A stretch of 62,905 nt of DNA, filler included, from Intoshia linei (taxonomy: Eukaryota > Animalia > Orthonectida), in the NCBI GenBank assembly GCA_001642005.1. It is 8 parts of 8 records of this genome, joined end to end, with 100 filler letters (N's around TTAATTAATTAA, not from the genome) between each part and the next. Parts side by side here need not be neighbours in the genome. Positions count along the whole stretch, not along the records: positions 21,702 to 27,807 come from LWCA01001708.1; positions 27,908 to 36,740 come from LWCA01001430.1; positions 36,841 to 44,957 come from LWCA01001482.1; 5 more parts are not named here. One strand, 5' to 3'. The position numbers and the translations under genes were made by a program. Under the pieces are notes generated by a model. The model made no database searches. It saw only the letters and a program-made list of their open reading frames with translations, and was not told the DNA's origin. Positions 26,711-38,273 of the stretch are shown piece after piece. Numbering within the stretch: position 1 is the first letter of the stretch; each line of letters starts with the position of its first letter.

Positions 26711-27907
26711 TTAAAACAATGAAAAAATAAAATATTATGATTTTTATTCCACTTAACCTATATTTGCAGGTCATTTCATTTCAAATATTTAATAATAAAC
26801 TATTATCATCATTAATCAATATGAAAATAAAATGTTTTACCTATCTAAAGCTTTTAATTTGAACCGAAAAAGCTTTAGTATAATTATGATGATAGTCATT
26901 TTAAATTAAAATTTAGCGGCATTTTTGCACTTTAGAAAAATTCCGTCCGTTGATCAGGATTTTTTTTCCGTTATGAAGGAATTTCGTTAAATAGGAATTA
27001 AACTGAAATATTTAAAATTATACAATAGTAGAGGATTTTATTATTATACGTTATTCTAATTAATTGACTACCGTTCATTATTAATTCTCATTAAAAAAAT
27101 TAAAATGTAAAAATATGCGGAAATATTTTCATTTTTGATCAATTTCGCAGTATCAATTCTTCAAGTAGAATCAGTATTTTTAAACGTATTTATTTACATA
27201 AAATTTAGGTAAAATTAAAAAATAAAAAAGACAACCTTTTGCGTCTCGTGGATCACTTTTTTATCAAAAAATTCTACTGGCCCCGTTTTTGATAACTTAA
27301 ACATAAGTTTCAATTTTAACTGAAGAGAAACGGTTATAGTATATTCAACAAAATAATAACCAGAACTATCTGAAAATTCAAAGCTAAAATGATTATGATA
27401 AGCCAATTATGATAGAAAAGTGTTTAAAAGATGAAAAATAAATAATTTAAATATTTACTCAAAGGGCCACCAAAATTATTCTGTCAGCCACTGGTTGCCG
27501 ACCCTTGGTATATCGTTTTCAGATTTTATTGTTTTATTTTGATTTTTTCCAAATAAAGTTTTGTTTATTTTATTTATTTGGCTTGTTTTTTATTTTTAAC
27601 CCTTTCACTGTCTGTGTATTCTATACCATACATATCAGTAGTTTAATTTAGATGTGTTCAAAATGTTTGGAAAATGAAAATTTGAAATTTAAAAATTGCG
27701 AAGGAATGAATTATATAGATTTTCACCCATATGTCTTTATTATAAATGTGAAATTAGACGTACAATGCACATTTTTTTGAAATTGTAGGATCAATATTTA
27801 CATTTTCNNNNNNNNNNNNNNNNNNNNNNNNNNNNNNNNNNNNNNNNNNNNTTAATTAATTAANNNNNNNNNNNNNNNNNNNNNNNNNNNNNNNNNNNNN
27901 NNNNNNN

Positions 27908-28560
27908 TTGCGTGTGTAGTAGCAATACGAAAATGGCATAATTATCTGTATGGACGCAAATTCACATAATATTTTCACTGCGCTTCCTTTTTCCAAAGAT
28001 ATACAGACCTAAATCATTACTGAGGTAGTGTAATGTGTATTTTCGCGTATTGCGAACGATTGGAAAGATTCAATTTGTTTTCGCCTAATTTTTGGGCTTA
28101 TATGACCCCTTTTAATATTAAAATTACACTCGTCTGAAAATATCACATTTTTCCATGAATTCATGGTTCATCCAATGTGATTAGTATTGAATTCCAATCT
28201 AATTGAAATATTCAGTGCTGACATCCTCGGTTTTCTTGGAACTGAATGACTATATTTTATTCTCATGTAGTCTGCTTCTAACAATACTTTCACTTCCTTT
28301 CATTTTCCAATGCATTTCTAACTCAGGTGAACTCATTTAACGGTTCATACGATAACTTCGAATGAAATTTCTGTCATCGCGTGTGTTGTAAAGTCTGCTG
28401 CGACCGTGTCTTGATGTATTCAATTTTGTTTTATTTTTTTTAATTCTTTGTAGTACCTTTGAAACGGTGGAATAATGTCTGCCCACTTCTACCCCAATTT
28501 CACGCATAATTTTCTTCTCTAAGCTAAAGTGGTATATTAATTGTTGTTCTTCAATACTCT
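27908..28560 (-). pseudogene. Tc1-family transposase fossil
   Basis: Minus strand reads RHGRSRLYNTRDDRNFIR...IVRSRLHE../PRKPRMS..RLEF..H.G*..WKNVIFSDECNFN...SVMI*VCIS, with stops and a frameshift. Confidence 0.8.
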
Positions 28561-28627
28561 GGTCCCTTATTGCAGTAAAATCAGAAGATAGCTATGTTTT
28601 AATTAACAATTAAATCTTTAAATTTTA

Positions 28628-28905
28628 AACTTTCAAGGTGGGTTTTAAGATTTTTTTTTGAATCAAAAACTAAGGTGAAATTTTTGAGATTTTTTTAACC
28701 AAACTGTAAGGTTGTCTTTAAATTTGGATCAGAAAAAATTTCCTAAAAACCACCCTTCAAATTTGGTTTAAAAAAAATTGCTAAATAAACCACCCTTAAA
28801 GTTCTGTTCAAAAAAGTTCCGAAAAACCCCCTTGAAAGTATAGTTCAAAAAAAATCTTAAAAACCCTTCCTGAAAGTTTGGTTCAAAAAAAATTCCTAAA
28901 ACCCA
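28628..28905. repeat. ~39-bp tandem array arranged as two inverted arms
   Basis: Units tttggttcaaaaaaaattcctaaaaaccacccttgaaa (x5) preceded by about two reverse-complement units. Confidence 0.6.
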
Positions 28906-29023
28906 AAATTAAACTAAAATATATATGAAAATTTTTGACTTGCCCGTGAAATGTATACATTTCAGTTGTACACATTCTATGCAACATATATAAATATTAA
29001 ACCATCTAATTTACATCAATCAG

Positions 29024-29572
29024 GTTATGTCAACAACTACAAAGAACCTTTTATACAAGCTAAAATAATAAGATATATAATTGATACATGGGAAGGGATA
29101 TACATTTTACTTCCAAATCAACATTATCCGGATTACAAGAAATCGGTTATAAATATAGATGGCTACAATTATTCAATGATTGATAATGACTCATTTCTAA
29201 CAAAATTGCAACAAAAAAGATTCAAATATGCCAACAAACAGATGGAAAAATATTTTACATTTCTAAAAAAAAATTATATCCATAAATATATCAATATATA
29301 TTGTATTTATGCCACCCACGAATCCAACAAAACAATGGCATACTTTAATTATGACAATAAACGCATCTCCTATACACAAGGGGATGGATCGGTTCCATTA
29401 CAAAGTAATATACAACAAAAATGAATACAATAAATGTTTTATAGGTTTAAATCGATGCAATCTATATACCAAGAATATAAAACATTTTAAATTTGATGAT
29501 TCCAAAGATTTACACCGTTATATATTTCAGTTAGAAAGCGTGAATCGTTACATATTAAATATATTAAAATAA
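29024..29572 (+). CDS. LCAT / group XV phospholipase A2-like acyltransferase, 3' exons only
   Basis: WEGIYILLPN...INIYCIYA..T..Y....GDGSVPLQS|LNRC...H.YIF across a 40-nt intron (29405-29444) matches the LCAT-family catalytic Asp (DGTV) and His region. Confidence 0.7.
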
Positions 29573-29593
29573 AAATTTAATTTACAAATTTGA

Positions 29594-32500
29594 TCAAAAA
29601 TTAATGTATGATTTAACCATACTAATAATGTCGGTCATTTGAGATTGATATTGGTATAGACACATTTGTCTTTTTTTCATTTCATCATGATGAAAATTTT
29701 CTTTTTTTTGTAATTCTTCTCTTAAAAACTCGATTTCATGCAATTGATCGGAGTATTGTAGCCCTTCAATGCTTTGAGATGGTAAAAATATATCAGATTC
29801 TGATTTTTTAATTATTTTCATCTAAATAAATTGATTTTTAATTTAAATTTTAATTTATGATAAATGCGACAATTTTTTTGGCTCGTTCATATTTCTTACA
29901 ATAAAACAATTCTACATTACAATTTAGTACGTTATTAATACATTGTAAAAATAAATTTGTGCAATTTTTTTTGGGTGACATTTATCCAATTCTTAGTTAA
30001 AATTTAAACCTCGGTGTTAGATTCCAATAATAATTCCATTTCTTTTTTCATACGAATATTTTCATCCAATAGGCGATCAAAATTTACATCAGGAGAATTT
30101 TTTTCTTCATCAAACTAAAACATAAAATAACAATATTTAAGATAATTTTTTTTGTTCAGAAGATTAATACAATATAGAGATCAGTAGTCGACCGGACATA
30201 ATAACATCATATCGATTAAAAATCGAGTTATAATTTAATTTGAAAAGAAAACAGAAATAGGTAGCACCTCCGAGGGTGGATGCTTCCAGTTATTTTTTTT
30301 AGATATAAATTAACTAAACTAACTAACCTTAAGCCACTGGTTGCCGATTCAAATAGTTTACGGACCCCCATTTCTAAATATTTATTTTTTTGACCTCAAA
30401 GGAAGCATGAAATATAAAACATTTATGAAAAAATTAAAGTTTTTTTATCATAATATTTGGTATAATCTTGTATTTCAAAAAAATAGATATTTCCCTTAAG
30501 CGTTGGTAAAATTGGATTTTGGGGTTTCAACAAATGGATTTTATCTGAAGGTTTAGTAAAATCGAATTTTTTCAAAAAATACGGGTAAAATTCGATTTTT
30601 CACTGAAGGTTTAAAATGGTATTATATATTAAATTTTATCAATAATGGGATAAAAATAGGATTTTTGAAATAATAATAGCGGTCATGTAGGCTTTGGAAT
30701 AAATTCCCAACATCTGGCAACTGTAATAAATATTAAAAATTCTCATATATAAAAATAAACAAAAGTGGATAAAAAATTTTTATTAGATTTTATTTGAATC
30801 TCACTAACCTCAAAGCACATAGTTTTGGACCCCATTTGTAAACCACTGCCTTAAGCGAATACTCTAATTAAACTAAAAATTTCATAATTAAAAAATTAAT
30901 TTGATTTTACCACTAATTAAATGTTGAATAAAACTGTATGCCTCATAATTTTCCCATTTTATTTTTTTATATAAATGCAAATAAGCATGATAAAAAAACC
31001 TCGGTTTGAACGTAATGATCAATCATTGCTGTATTACAATTAATGGATTTCTTTATCTGACTACTAATTTTCTTCTTTTTGATTAAACATTTTCGTTTAT
31101 CTTTTAAATGATTGACTTGGTCTTGATAATATTTGATTTGTTTACTTAAAATTCTACTCCTAGCGCATGGTTTATCAATTGAGCATTTAGTTTCAACACT
31201 TTTTTTATTCATCGTATTAATTAATAATTCTTGATCAGATTTAAAATTATCAAAATGAGCTTGTAATAAATTATATTTATCGACAGTTTCAGTACAATTT
31301 TCGCAACTTGTTATAACCACTTTCTCAATTTTTTTGCCAATTTTAGATAGATTTTTAAGTTGTTCATCATATTGACACTAAAAATAATTTAAATTATTAA
31401 ATTATTATTTTACCTTTAAAATAACATATTTCTGTTCAATAACTTTAACATTGTTTCGATTTTCATCATCTTTCTGTTTCAAACTTTTTTCTAAAGTTTT
31501 TATGGTATTTTCCAAACATTGTATAGTAGGATATTGATCATTGCTTTCCTTGTTTGTAAAACCACTGGGTTTGTATTTTTCAGCCCACATTAATACTGGA
31601 ATAGAGTTGGGGTCTCGCCTTTTCAAAATTTGTTCCATTTCTTTAATCTAATTATTAATTAAATATATCTCATAAAATATAACTTGTCTTTCCAAATCTC
31701 TAATATACATGGAATCATTTTCAGGTTTATGTTTATACTCGCATAATTCATCATCTTTTAGCATTATCTATCAAAATATATGTAAAATTATATTAAATTT
31801 ACATGATAAATATAAACTACATCAAAAATATATATGTACTAGCTTGACTGTTTTGTACTACGTACAAACAGCACCTAGCTCTGTCGAGGGCACATTTTTA
31901 TTATAACAAAAAAATAAATTCACGTTAAAAATCTAACTCAAAAATCCTACTATTAATTATTATCAATCCTTTAAAGGAGTGATTCCCAAATTTGTTTCAG
32001 GTGAAACCATCATATCACATTAGTTTTTACTTTAAACTGAATTATTCCATCTTAATTTTTTGTTTGTTAAAATTTGCGTAAAAAATTTTAAAACAAATTG
32101 TTATCCCATTTTTTTAGTTTATTAGACAGAATGTGTGTATAATATTAAAAATAATGTAAAAACAGTCCAATACTAAAAATTGTCATAAAGGTGTGAGTTT
32201 TGGAAATTGAAATTTATATTATTATATGTAAAAATTGTCATAATAAATAATAAATAATAACATAATAAATTCCAAAAAAAATAAAATTATAAAAACCTAT
32301 TTTATCATTTTCAATGTGATGAAATATTCAGTACCAATTTAATAAATACTTAAAAATACCTATTGTGTATCAATAATTAACTGAATCTTCAATTTATAAA
32401 CATTTCAGTCGAATTTTACCATTATTGCAAAGGATTGTAATATAAAAATGATATTAACAAAGTTTTTTTAGTTTCTTATTTAAATTTGAATGTTTTAATA

Positions 32501-35500
32501 AAAATGTTTTGAAAATGAAAATTTGAAATCTAAAAATTGCATAGCAATGAAAAAAATTCCAAAGGAATGAATTATATAGATTTTCACCCATATGTCTTTA
32601 TTGGAAATGTGTAGAGGTTCAATACACACTTTTTTGAAATTGTAGATTTACATTTTCATTTTTGATTTTTAATTGATTTATTTGAAAAATATTGGTTGAT
32701 AATATATTAAAAATTATTTTTCACCCGGGAATGCGTAGATTTTGCGATTTATGCGTAGGGTTGAAATTTTGTATTTATATCAATTGGAATAAGTTCCATC
32801 AGAAAAATCTTTTTTTTAATTTTCGGACCGTTAATTATTTCACATTAGTTGTTTTAATAAAATATTTTAAAAAAAAAATATATGAATACTAAAATGTTTT
32901 TTTGACCGTGAATTCGTCACTTATTCAAATTGAAATTTTCTGTGTGTGTTAACAGGATACAACTGTAAAACCTGTTTTGACCAGTTTTTGAAATTCTAGA
33001 GCTGTTTTCATTAAAAAAGAAGGGTAATTTGGGTTTTGGCCCTGAAGATATAATTTTGATAAATTTATGGTAATGTTTATGATTTTAAAATCCGTAGCAG
33101 CGTATATATTTTTTTAAATTCTCCAACTCGTTTGATTTTCAAAAAGAGGGACAACTGGGGTTNATTTTGATAAATTTATGGTAATGTTTATGATTTTAAA
33201 ATCCGTAGCAGCGTATATATTTTTTTAAATTCTCCAACTCGTTTGATTTTCAAAAAGAGGGAAACTGGGGTTTTTGACCCGTAAGATGTGAAATTGGGAG
33301 GTTGAAATTTATCTTATTATACGTCCCGGAAAAAACTGTAATTGAAATGTGGACTTGATAAAATTCTAAAACTGGTAGTTATTTAAATAAAGCTTAACAC
33401 ACACACAAAAAATCGCGTAGCATATTATATAAGTTAAGATTGTATTCACAATATCACTTGGAGTGTCAACGCCTCATAATTACAGATATTTACTATTTTA
33501 GATAACCAGACTTAGTAAAATATCAACGCTAATAAATATCTCGATGACTCGATAAACTAATTTTTGACACAATTACAGTATTCTGTAAATAGCCATAGAT
33601 CTTACGGGTCACTAGCTGTTCTGATACATAAAAACAAACATTATTCTTCAAAGCCTCGTTTTGTTTTTCCAATTCAAGCACCAATTTTTCATTTTGTTGG
33701 TGCCGCATATTTGTACTATCTAACAATTTTTGATTATCTATAAACCATTGTATTTTTCTCTTATACTCTTTCAACTCATCAGAGTACTTATCGGACAATT
33801 TCTGCAAAGTTAATTAAAATTAAAAAATATATTTAAACCTCCATTTGAAAATTTGCATTTTTTTGGATTTCTGCAACATTAGATGCAATTTCATAATTTT
33901 CGTTATTCAAATCATCATTTTTACGTTCAAAATCTTTGATTTTTTCTTGTAACATTAAATTAACCATTTCCAATTGCTTTTTTGATTCCTAAAGAATACA
34001 AAAATAAATACAATTCAAATGAAATATAAACCTGTAATTTACATACATCATTCGAAAGCATATTTATACGGTTAATATTGATGGGAATGTTTGATTGTGA
34101 AGACACTTTATCACATTTGTTTTGATTGGAATTCTTCGTTTTTAGAGCATGTTTATATTTTTCAACTTCCTCTCTAAAATTTATTATATATCAATTGAAA
34201 TTATTACTGTAATAATATAATTTTTTGAGCATTGCTGGTATTTTTTTGTCGAGTTAATATCGACATTTTTGATTTTAATGATTTAATTTCCTAAATCCAA
34301 GATTTTTTAAATATAAATGATTTAAATATTTTTAAAATTAACAGATAAAGCATACAAATTTACTTTAAAACCTACCGTATATAATGATTTGTTGCTTTCG
34401 TTGCATTGTAAAATAACATTTTCTTGGTGGCACAATTGGGCTTCTAATGAAATGATTTGTTCATCTTTAATTAAAATTAAATCTTTTTCATCGCTACTTA
34501 AATCGAATTTATTAAAATTGGTGAATTCTAAATTTTCGTCAGTTATGATATCACTCCTCAAATGAGTTTTATTTTGTATTTCATTCAACTAAACATGTAA
34601 ATTTGTAAAATTGATATTAAAAAATTACCTTTTCCAAGCTGTTACTTTTTATTTTTCTAGATGATTCTCTTTTTAATTTAGCGTATTTTTCTTTTTTCAT
34701 TGAATTATTATAAATATTATTAATAACATCAATTTCGGAAACATCTGATGTGTGCAATATATTTTTACTAGTAATTTCGTCATGTTTAGTATCAGTTTGT
34801 AATTTATATGGTAATGTCTTTGGTTTGGCAATATTATTTAATTTAGAATGTATACTAGAAAAAATATTTGAATCGGCTATTGGTGGGTTTAAATTGCCAT
34901 CATCTGATTCGGAACGTTCAGTAATTGTTTCCATATGACTACAAGAGGTTTTTAATGTATCTTCCAATTCAGATTTTACGTTTGAATCGTCTATCTTTGA
35001 AATTTAGTTGGAATGTTAGTATTATCATCGTATTAATATTTTTATAGTGGGAAAATGATTATGAATCGTATATTAGTTTTTAAATTATATACCATAAACA
35101 AGAAAAATTTTGTGGTTGATTAAAACTGGTTCACAATCCTTTTTTTATATTAATTAAAATGTAAATATGAAAATTTTCGAAATTTCCTCTCAATCCTTTT
35201 ATAATTCATCTCGAAATTTGACGCGATTCGTGGGAAACCCTGAAAAAATGATGACTTTTGATGATTATCATCCGGTTATTTCAGTTGGCCAAATTAACAA
35301 ATAGATAATAATTTCAAGGAATTTATGTACATCCAAATTTTCATAAATAACCGAAAAATTCATTTTTATACGTTTTTCGATAAAAAAATTTAGTAATATG
35401 GATTCCCCAAGATTTAGATTGTATAAACCTACCAGTATAATTAATTTCATCCGCATATTTCCATTTAACCACATTTTCGTCATCTGATTCCGAGTCGGCA

Positions 35501-36591
35501 TGTATTGATAATATTTCAGAAGGTTTATCATTTTCATTATCACTTAAACTTAACTAAATAAATAATTATATAATGATAATTAATATTAAATAATTAACCT
35601 TCACAAATGATTGATTTTTATTATCTTTTAAGTGAGAATTTGTAATTAATTTTGATTTATCTTTAATGAATCTTGATGGCGTTTTAGGTTTTTCTGGAAA
35701 TTAACATTAATATATTATGTATATTAGTATGTTATAGGTAGTATGTTATATATAATATTACACTAAACAACACTGAAAAAAATTTCTGGTTAAAAATAAG
35801 ATAATATGCAAACATGAATTTTAATTTTCAGGCTGATCACTACAGCTAATTTAATTTTAATTTGGAAACTTTTAATACGTAACTACTCGCGTGGGGTTTT
35901 TAAATACCAACAAAAATATAATTTTAAAAGGTAACATTTGACATACTAATGCACGGCGTGTTTTACATAGGACCACCACTCTTAACAAAAATTACAATAT
36001 ACAATCAAATAATCTTGCTAACTACATCGCTACTATTTGTAACATAATCGGTGGGCGAAAATAATTTTTATGATTAATAAACTAATATTTGTAAAAAATG
36101 TAACTTTTAAAATAATTACTGAATTTGATCAAAAATTTGTATACTAATCAATATTGAAATAATTAAGTATAATAATTAATTATAAACTCGCCACTCATAA
36201 TTTATTGACTGTAAATTGAATATACATTCCTCATATCCTTGAAATGACCCTGCTGAATACAATTTTCACACCATCCTGATCCCAATCATTCAGCGACTCG
36301 CTTCGTATATTCGACCCCAAAAAAAAGGATGCTTTAAATTATATTATCAAACTTCAAAATTATTGAGTTTTACGATCTTTCAAGTCATGTTTGCATTAAA
36401 TTATTAATATTATTTAATAATCAGACGAAAATTATGATAAACCTTGATGCTAACATGTTTGAAAATAGTTTTATAAAGGATTTTATTAATATACCATAAG
36501 ATTCATCCAAATCAACATCGTCCTTTTCCCACCAATGCTTTTTACCATCATTGATATTTTTAGTTACATCATTTTCTTCAGAAGAAATTGA
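29594..36591 (-). CDS. CEP162: Centrosomal protein CEP162-like coiled-coil protein, multi-exon; first exon lies in or beyond the gap
   Basis: N-terminal KKHWWEKDD, KIQWFIDNQKLLD, LKRRDPNSIPVLM and C-terminal YQSQMTDIISMV match recalled CEP162 motifs (PWW, LQW.AENQELLD, KKRYPNSLP.L). Confidence 0.78.
31839..33439 (-). mobile_element. Full-length ~1.6 kb non-autonomous Helitron in CEP162 intron
   Basis: Minus strand: A|TCTTAACTTATATAATATG ... ctgtttgtac-gta-gtacaaaacag hairpin, tcaag, CTAG|T; no TSD, no TIR, no ORF. Confidence 0.85.
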
Positions 36592-36912
36592 CTAAAAAAA
36601 TATTTATAATATAATAATATTTATAAACTTATATTAAAAAATGAAAATAGTACACTAATCATTAGTGTGTTCAATAGGGTGTGAACGAATTTTTATATCA
36701 AAAGTGAACCCTTCCACCATATGAACATTTTAAAAAAAAANNNNNNNNNNNNNNNNNNNNNNNNNNNNNNNNNNNNNNNNNNNNTTAATTAATTAANNNN
36801 NNNNNNNNNNNNNNNNNNNNNNNNNNNNNNNNNNNNNNNNTTCGTAAGTTTTTTTTCTTTGGCAGACAAAAATAAATTAAATATTAACATTATATATCTT
36901 CTTCCATTTATA

Positions 36913-37410
36913 TCCTTACTTATATAATATGCTACGCGATTTTTGTTTGTATGTGTGTGTTCAGCTTTATTTAAATAACTACCCGTCTTAGAATTTTATA
37001 AAGTCCACATTTCAATTACAATCTTTTTCGGGGGTGTTTGCAAAATATATTTAAACCTCCAAAACTTACATCTTACGTGTCAAAAACCCCAATTGTCCTT
37101 TTTTTTGAAAATTAAACAAGTTGCAGAATTTAAAAAAAAAAAATATACGATAATTGGGATTTTAAAATCATAATCATTATCATAAATTTAAATTTAAAAA
37201 AATTATATCTTCAAAGCCAAAACCACAAATTACTCTTTTTTTATGAAAACAGCCTTAGAATTTAAAAAAATTTACAGGTGGTACAGTTGTATCCTGTACG
37301 ACTTCATGGTCAAAAAATGTGAAATAATTAACGGTCCGAAAATAAAAAAAAGATTATTTTGATAGAGCTTATTCCAGTTAAAATAAATACAAAATTTCAA
37401 CCCCAGACAT
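36913..37410 (+). mobile_element. Helitron 5' fragment
   Basis: A|TCCTTACTTATATAATATG start with family homology. Confidence 0.72.
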
Positions 37411-37451
37411 TAATTGAAATTAAAAATAATTAAATATTTAAATTAATTTAG

Positions 37452-38219
37452 AATAAAGACATTATTTATCAAAATAATTTAAATAAACAAAAAATTGAAG
37501 AGATGAATTTAATGGAACAAACTAACGCTAGAAATAGCAACTTTTTAAATGAAAACCGATTAACTTCTAAAAGCTACCTGAAAGCAAATTCGGTTATTCC
37601 TTATAATTGGAAAGGAATGGATGAAAACGAATTGAGTAAAATTAGAAAATTTCAACTATTACAAATTGAACAAAATAAGGTACACAGTACACATTTAATA
37701 AAATGTACATATTTTAATGCAAATCATTATAATACAAATTGAGAATGAACAATATTTTATTGTACCATTGATTGAATATTTTTTTAAACATTGTATAACA
37801 TAGTTTTCCCTATTGGTTCGTGAAATACTGGAAAAGGAATTAGAAACATTGATACAAAAGTTGAAGTTAAAGGCTTAAGAATTTGAAAATTTCAGTTTTT
37901 TCTTAAATTAGAAATTGTATTTCTTTATTTACATGTTAATAAAATAAAATTAATTATATATTACAATTAGGAAAAAAGAGAATATAAAAACCGGGAAAAT
38001 GAAAAATGTTGTGATAAAATTAAATATTATGATAGAGCAAACGTTTTAACTAATCGCGAAGAAAATAGAATTAAAAAGAATTTGAATGTATTATTAGTAC
38101 AAGAAAATGAAAGATTAGCAAAACTGAAAAAATGTGAACAAGAATATATAAACAATGAATTGTACAAAAATGAAGTAACTCAAGAATATTATGACCAATT
38201 TAATACCGTAACTCGATAA
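37452..38219 (+). CDS. RIBC2: RIB43A-like ciliary microtubule inner protein (RIBC1/RIBC2 family), last two exons (37452-37679, 37971-38219)
   Basis: VIPYNWKGMDENELSKIR..Q and C-terminal YINNELYKNEVTQEYYDQFNTVTR* match RIB43A (VP.RWKGM...YFxQFNTxSR). RIBC1 versus RIBC2 is not resolvable here. Confidence 0.85.
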
Positions 38220-38273
38220 AATGAACATGTGGAATGTATACAAAATTTAAAATACATAAAATAAAATTTTATT

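Noticed and set aside
33054-33275. Exact ~110-bp tandem duplication around a single n
   Set aside because: Likely a scaffolding overlap artifact; a similar pattern occurs at 46149-46197.
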